Source of the DNA: Candidatus Poribacteria bacterium
Lineage (GTDB): Bacteria; Poribacteria; WGA-4E; PCPOR2b
Direction of reading: 5' to 3'
Length of the DNA: 64,000 bases
Assembly (NCBI GenBank): GCA_965208675.1
Contig: OZ242351.1
Span: forward strand, 1,728,001 to 1,792,000
The translations under genes and the position numbers were made by a program. Positions 59,194-64,000 of this stretch are shown here, piece by piece. Under the pieces are notes generated by a model. It searched no databases and was not told the origin of the DNA. It saw only the letters and a program-made list of their open reading frames with translations. The number at the start of each line of letters is the position of its first letter. Within the stretch, counting starts at the first letter, position 1.

Positions 59194-59456
59194 GTAGGTT
59201 GGGTTAAGCGGGGTTTAAGGAAACACGTATTTTTGCCGAACGCGATTCGTTTTTTGATTATGTTGTCAGTTTTTAATGAGGTAGCGTAACCCAACGTTTT
59301 TTATATTTGGGGTATGTATCGTAGAACAGAGTCGGTTCGTATTTGAGAAAAGCGTTGGGTTACGCTGCACGTATTTTGACATGCACACGGTTTTGAATTT
59401 GCGGTGTTAATTTGCCATAGAAATGTAATGGGATGAATCCGCTTAACCCAACCTAC
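59194..59456. repeat. Inverted pair of ~102-bp GTAG REP-like elements (REPIN-like)
   Basis: Forward copy 59194-59295, 58-bp gap, reverse copy 59354-59456. Confidence 0.88.
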
Positions 59457-59528
59457 ATTTGCTGTCTACAATTAAAATCTGTGCAATGGTCATTAACTTA
59501 CTTTGGAAGCGTTCAACTCAACTAACTC

Positions 59529-62500
59529 TTACGGCGGGGATTCTAAGATTAGAACGCCTAAATTGCTCGGAAAGGTGGGTTCTGTTCCGGGTATTTGGGA
59601 CGCCCAGTAGACCGCCTGATCGTCTGAGCGGTGAATCACAAAGTTAAACCCAATACGGCTATTTCTTTTCGTTTTCAGGGGATCGAAACCGCGAAAGACT
59701 GGGAAAAAGGGGATGCGCGCCTCAATGATGTAGTAATTGGATTCCTGCCTTACCGCGACATCAAGGTCCTGCGCTTGGTAGTTATAAACCTGTTCTGGTG
59801 TCCACTGTCCAATGTAAGGCTGATCGCCGTTGAAACCCGCGCCTTTCGGACAGATCCAGAAAATAAATCGGTTTGGATCCGTTCCGGTTTGTAGGTAGGC
59901 TGGTTTGCTCCCGCCGCCGGGGTGAAGGTCGAAATGTAATTCCAATGCGTCCGAATCCTCGTAATATTTCGTTGGATCCGGAGCGTCCACGGAATCATCG
60001 TAGATTTGCGCCAGCACATAAAGCGAGTCCTTGCCCCACAGCAACCAGAGAAATCCTTCATCTTGCGGGGTTCGAAGCGCCTTTTCCAGCGGCCACTGGT
60101 CATCAAGGCCGTCAATGAGCATCGGTCTGCTCGTGTACGGTGCTCTGGAAATCAGGTTCGCTCGGCAACCCGCGTATATTCCCACGTTCGTTTCCCCCGT
60201 GTCAATCAATGCATCTGTATAAGTTGCCGTCACCGTTTCTCCGCCGACCAATCTGAGGCCATTGTCGATTTCATTTTTCCCGTACTGTGTTGACACCGAT
60301 CCTCGAAAAATGTGCGAATTAGCATTTTCTTCAACTAACGAGAGGACAATTGATTGCGCGCCGCCTTTGACCTGTATTGTTGTTGATTCGACGTCGAAGG
60401 CGTCCAGATTCAGGTCGGCGTCTTCTAGTTGGAAGTGCAACGGACTCCCCGGGTTAAAGTAACGTATAATTGTACCGTCCCGCCGAGTAATCATTAGGCG
60501 CCCTCGGACACCCTGATTGACGTAAGCGCGGTCTTCGACAGCAACAGCGTTGGCAAATGGAACGCCAGATATGTATACTGCGCGAATCTCCTCGTCACCT
60601 TGCACATCGAGTGTACCATCGGCGACCGGCGTTGTGCCGTACCGTGTCGGAATCGATGCAGCGAAGACGCCTTCAGCTTCCGGAATCGCCTTAAGCACCA
60701 CCTCAGCATTATCGTTAGTCTTGTTCCCAGTGACGGCAACCTTAATCGAATCGTCACGTGCAACCGCACTGAGAAAAAGATCTTCTAGCCAGAAGTAGAT
60801 TGTCTCGCCCGCATTGAAACTTCCCAACTCATGAGCGGCGACAGAATGCCTTGCTCCGAATTGAGCCGGTGATTCTTCTAGCGCATTTCGATTAACAATC
60901 CGTAGAATACCCGCGCTGCTGCTCAATACAATCGCCTGAGCATGCATTGACACGTTAGTTTCGCCGGTAGCGGTGATTTCATCCGTATACACTACACTGA
61001 TTACCTCTTTATCTTTCACGTGTAGGATGTCATCGGTCCTGTCGGCGGCTGAATTGGCATCAGGAGAATCCGCGACTTGCCGCGTCTGCAGAAACCCATC
61101 AAAAATCGCGTTATTCGCGCTCGTCTCCCATAAGATGAGCTGAACCTCGTCTGTGTTCCCGGAGGCGGTTACCAGAGCGGCGTCGCCCTGCGCCGGGGAA
61201 ATGTCCAAATCTTCATCTCGCAGCCGGATGCGTAGTTTTGCTCCGGCGTTAAAGCTTCCGACGAAGAGAGTTCGGGCGAGAATTTTACCGCTTTCTGCGT
61301 CAATAATCTCCAAATCCCCAGTATTCCCGGTTTCGACCGAAAGCGCAACACTGACAGGGACTTGGGCCGCCCCGGTGTCTTGCAGGGCATCGGTATAAAT
61401 ACATGTCACAATACCTTCCCCCTGCACCTGCAGGATGTCATCCTCCGGTATCGAAACTGTTCCATAGCTTGTTTGCACTTCGCCGCGAAAAACGCCAGGC
61501 CTTCCCGCCACCTCATCCATAATCAGGCGAACAGTGTCTCGAATCTTGTTATCGGCAAAATCGGATTCAGCAATTTGCGCCGCAGCATTGGCAGTATTGA
61601 GATCAGCGTCCCGCATCTTCAGAATCAGCGTATCACCAGCCCGAAACCCAAAAATTTCTACGTTATCCGCCGCGTCCGGTTCAAAGTTAATCTCGTTATA
61701 GACCTTAAGCGTTCCCGTAGTCCCAATCGCTGCCGTGCAATCGTCCGAAACCTCAAAATCAGTTTCGCCAGTGGAACGCAGCGCATCAATATAGATTGCT
61801 TGAACTGATTCCGTGCCCTGCACCTGCAATTTGCCATCGCCTAACGTTGCCTCGGTGTCATAGGCGGTTTCGATAGAACCGAACAGCGTTCCTCCAGCGG
61901 CGTACCGTGCATCGCCTCCGGCGGGAATGGGAGTTAGCAGCACCTCTTCTCGGTCGCTCAGATTATGTCCGGTAAGTACAATCCGCACCGCATCATCAAA
62001 CAGGTCTCCATCGCGGAGTCGAAAATGAAGTTTGCTTCCGGCGTTGAAGCTACTCAGATTCGTCAAGTAATTCGATTTAACAATCTCTATGATGCCATCG
62101 ACTCCGGCGCTGACGTGCATCAGATCGGTGATGACTACGTCCGTCGCGCCGGAAGCCTGCAGGGCGTCAACATAACTGAGGGTAACCACCGCTTTGCCGA
62201 CAACTTCAAGAATATCGTTGGAGGGATCGGCGTGCACCGCATACCGAGTTGGGCATAGTTCAGCGAATTCACCAGAATTTTCGGTGGTCTCTGTCAGCGT
62301 CAATGTGCGTTGATCGGCGGTCAGATCGCTGCTCAAGTTGACCTCAACTAACTCCAGCATCTGATCGTTTTGGTTTAAATCTGTGTCCTTTAACCAAATG
62401 GAGAGCGGATGCCCTGCCTTGAAAAACTTTCGGTTGCCTAGGACATTTGATTCCTCTTCACCGCTGTTTACACGCCCTGAACCCAATTCAAGCCGCGTGG

Positions 62501-64000
62501 TCACTCCGGTTTTTACGCTTGTTTCTGCATGGATAGGCACATTTGTCTTCCCTGTCGCTTGGATGCCGTCCACGTAATACGCCCTCACAATTTGCATGCC
62601 AATGGCTTGCAGCACACCGTTGTTCGGTCTGGGCGTCTCGCTGTAGGCGGTCTCTATCGTCCCAATAAAATTCCTGCTATCCGGTCGATAATTAAGTACG
62701 GCTGTCTCAATCTCCTCCGTTTCAGGAATAGCCAGCGTTACTTCAATCGTCCTCGGTTCGGAAGTAAGCCCGTTACTTTGATTGGCTAAATCCGCATCGT
62801 GTACTCGCAGGTAAATTGTATCGCCAATGCTAATCTCGTCGAGCAATTCCCCGGACTTTGTTATGATTGAAATCGTTCCCGTTGATCCTGTGTTGACTGT
62901 GGCTGTATCGGTGACGGAATACCCATGCTGCGTACTGCTGTAATAGGGATCGAAATATTTGACTGTAACTTTGTCCTCGCCGCGGACGAAAAAGACAGAA
63001 GATTCCGCGTCTTCAACCTTCGACTCCCTTTCCTCGTAGGCAGTTGGGACTATCGCAGCGAAGGTGGCGCGGTTGCGCGCCATGTCGTTATCCGGATTTT
63101 CGTCCAGCAACAACGCGGGATTTGCCTCTTTCAGCGTAACCGAAAGCGTCTGTTTTGTTCGTTCATTGCGCAATTCGGCTAGGACGGATTCCGGTTGATG
63201 GCGATCGGTGTTTCTGTCCGCATCCCATACACAGATAGTGAGTCGGTCGCCAGCGTTAAAATTCGTAATCGGACGAGTTGGCTTCTGACCCAGGAATGCA
63301 ATTCGTCCGCTAATTCGGTCCGCAAGTTCGACAGAATTCCAACGATTCGGCGGTGCATTGAGATTGGATGTCCCATACGAAAACCAGCCAGCGGCATGGT
63401 TTGTTAACTTGAGGTTCGCCATGACGTAATTGAACCCAAGAGACTTGTCTACATCGGGTTCAAACCCGTTCAATACTAGCGACTTAGGAATTCTTGCTTC
63501 GAGGGTATACCCGTTCTCAGTTTTAGAGACTTTCGCTTCAATCTCTTTTCGGTTGTAAATATTGTGCCGGATTGCATCGAGGTGATGGTGAATCTGTGAA
63601 GGCTGTATTTGCGGCTGAGATTCATGTGAATCAAGGAGAGTAAAAACAAAATGGTGGTCGCTGTCTTTGTACATTCCCGGCGATCTGTTGAGGGCGGTAT
63701 CAATAAAGAGATGCAGTGCTTCCGAATCGTCTCGCGCCGCATTATCGTGTATTGGGGAGTAAAGGGGGTTGCGTATTCGCTGATTGACAATTGCAGCCAC
63801 ATAAAGGTTGTCATCGTCCCACTGCGAATAAAGCGATATCGGAGAATCCGCAGAAGTTTTATAGTTCTGCGGAAGCATTGGATAGAGGGTTGGCCATTCA
63901 CTCACCTTGCCGTCAACTACAACCTTTTCACTGACGCGAATTGCTTTGCCAATGGTTTCGTCCGATTGATTGGACAACTGCGCGGACGACACATCCACTG
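59529..64000 (-). CDS. Giant repeat protein: CBM9-like sugar-binding domains flanking eight ~130-aa beta repeats (5' partial)
   Basis: VDG..SEW / WD.DNLYV.A.V / YTLEARIP at both ends. Eight F.AG..L...L.D.D.N ... E....F...T.Y ... L.V.G units. Confidence 0.85.
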   Translation of the reverse strand, partial: VDVSSAQLSNQSDETIGKAIRVSEKVVVDGKVSEWPTLYPMLPQNYKTSADSPISLYSQWDDDNLYVAAIVNQRIRNPLYSPIHDNAARDDSEALHLFIDTALNRSPGMYKDSDHHFVFTLLDSHESQPQIQPSQIHHHLDAIRHNIYNRKEIEAKVSKTENGYTLEARIPKSLVLNGFEPDVDKSLGFNYVMANLKLTNHAAGWFSYGTSNLNAPPNRWNSVELADRISGRIAFLGQKPTRPITNFNAGDRLTICVWDADRNTDRHQPESVLAELRNERTKQTLSVTLKEANPALLLDENPDNDMARNRATFAAIVPTAYEERESKVEDAESSVFFVRGEDKVTVKYFDPYYSSTQHGYSVTDTATVNTGSTGTISIITKSGELLDEISIGDTIYLRVHDADLANQSNGLTSEPRTIEVTLAIPETEEIETAVLNYRPDSRNFIGTIETAYSETPRPNNGVLQAIGMQIVRAYYVDGIQATGKTNVPIHAETSVKTGVTTRLELGSGRVNSGEEESNVLGNRKFFKAGHPLSIWLKDTDLNQNDQMLELVEVNLSSDLTADQRTLTLTETTENSGEFAELCPTRYAVHADPSNDILEVVGKAVVTLSYVDALQASGATDVVITDLMHVSAGVDGIIEIVKSNYLTNLSSFNAGSKLHFRLRDGDLFDDAVRIVLTGHNLSDREEVLLTPIPAGGDARYAAGGTLFGSIETAYDTEATLGDGKLQVQGTESVQAIYIDALRSTGETDFEVSDDCTAAIGTTGTLKVYNEINFEPDAADNVEIFGFRAGDTLILKMRDADLNTANAAAQIAESDFADNKIRDTVRLIMDEVAGRPGVFRGEVQTSYGTVSIPEDDILQVQGEGIVTCIYTDALQDTGAAQVPVSVALSVETGNTGDLEIIDAESGKILARTLFVGSFNAGAKLRIRLRDEDLDISPAQGDAALVTASGNTDEVQLILWETSANNAIFDGFLQTRQVADSPDANSAADRTDDILHVKDKEVISVVYTDEITATGETNVSMHAQAIVLSSSAGILRIVNRNALEESPAQFGARHSVAAHELGSFNAGETIYFWLEDLFLSAVARDDSIKVAVTGNKTNDNAEVVLKAIPEAEGVFAASIPTRYGTTPVADGTLDVQGDEEIRAVYISGVPFANAVAVEDRAYVNQGVRGRLMITRRDGTIIRYFNPGSPLHFQLEDADLNLDAFDVESTTIQVKGGAQSIVLSLVEENANSHIFRGSVSTQYGKNEIDNGLRLVGGETVTATYTDALIDTGETNVGIYAGCRANLISRAPYTSRPMLIDGLDDQWPLEKALRTPQDEGFLWLLWGKDSLYVLAQIYDDSVDAPDPTKYYEDSDALELHFDLHPGGGSKPAYLQTGTDPNRFIFWICPKGAGFNGDQPYIGQWTPEQVYNYQAQDLDVAVRQESNYYIIEARIPFFPVFRGFDPLKTKRNSRIGFNFVIHRSDDQAVYWASQIPGTEPTFPSNLGVLILESPP

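Overview
The window looks like bacterial chromosome from Candidatus Poribacteria. This is inferred from LRR, WD40 and LamG proteins carrying 'NYPNPFNPETWIPY' Ig-like C-terminal domains or a 'V.P..K...W..IK' tail. Left part (1-19.9 kb): a catabolic cluster (Hyi-like, Ldh_2, IolE-like, M24 and GalB-like genes), a membrane protein behind four NrdR-like boxes, a lipid kinase, a glpK/sensor kinase/sigma54 regulator/Fe-ADH run, two aldo-keto reductases, an MBL hydrolase and a secreted repeat protein. Middle part (19.7-45.4 kb): a ~25.5 kb accessory island bounded by a 238-bp direct repeat of that last gene's 3' end, with every gene on the + strand and no integrase. It holds a PAS kinase and sigma54 regulator followed by a sigma54 promoter and a structured ncRNA candidate, a pseudogene, LRR and WD40 proteins, an IS3 element, and an orphan small+large terminase pair behind a consensus sigma70 promoter. 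Its intergenic spaces carry REP-like repeats and hypervariable 23-bp tandem units ending in GCGATAG. Right part (45.7-64 kb): an NYN protein, LPS/heptose genes, a catalytically dead tyrosine-recombinase-like ORF, coaD, HAD, VWA, WD40 and LamG genes, and a giant CBM9-like repeat protein cut by the window edge. No tRNA, rRNA or CRISPR array was recognised. All family assignments come from motif recognition by eye; no database searches were run.
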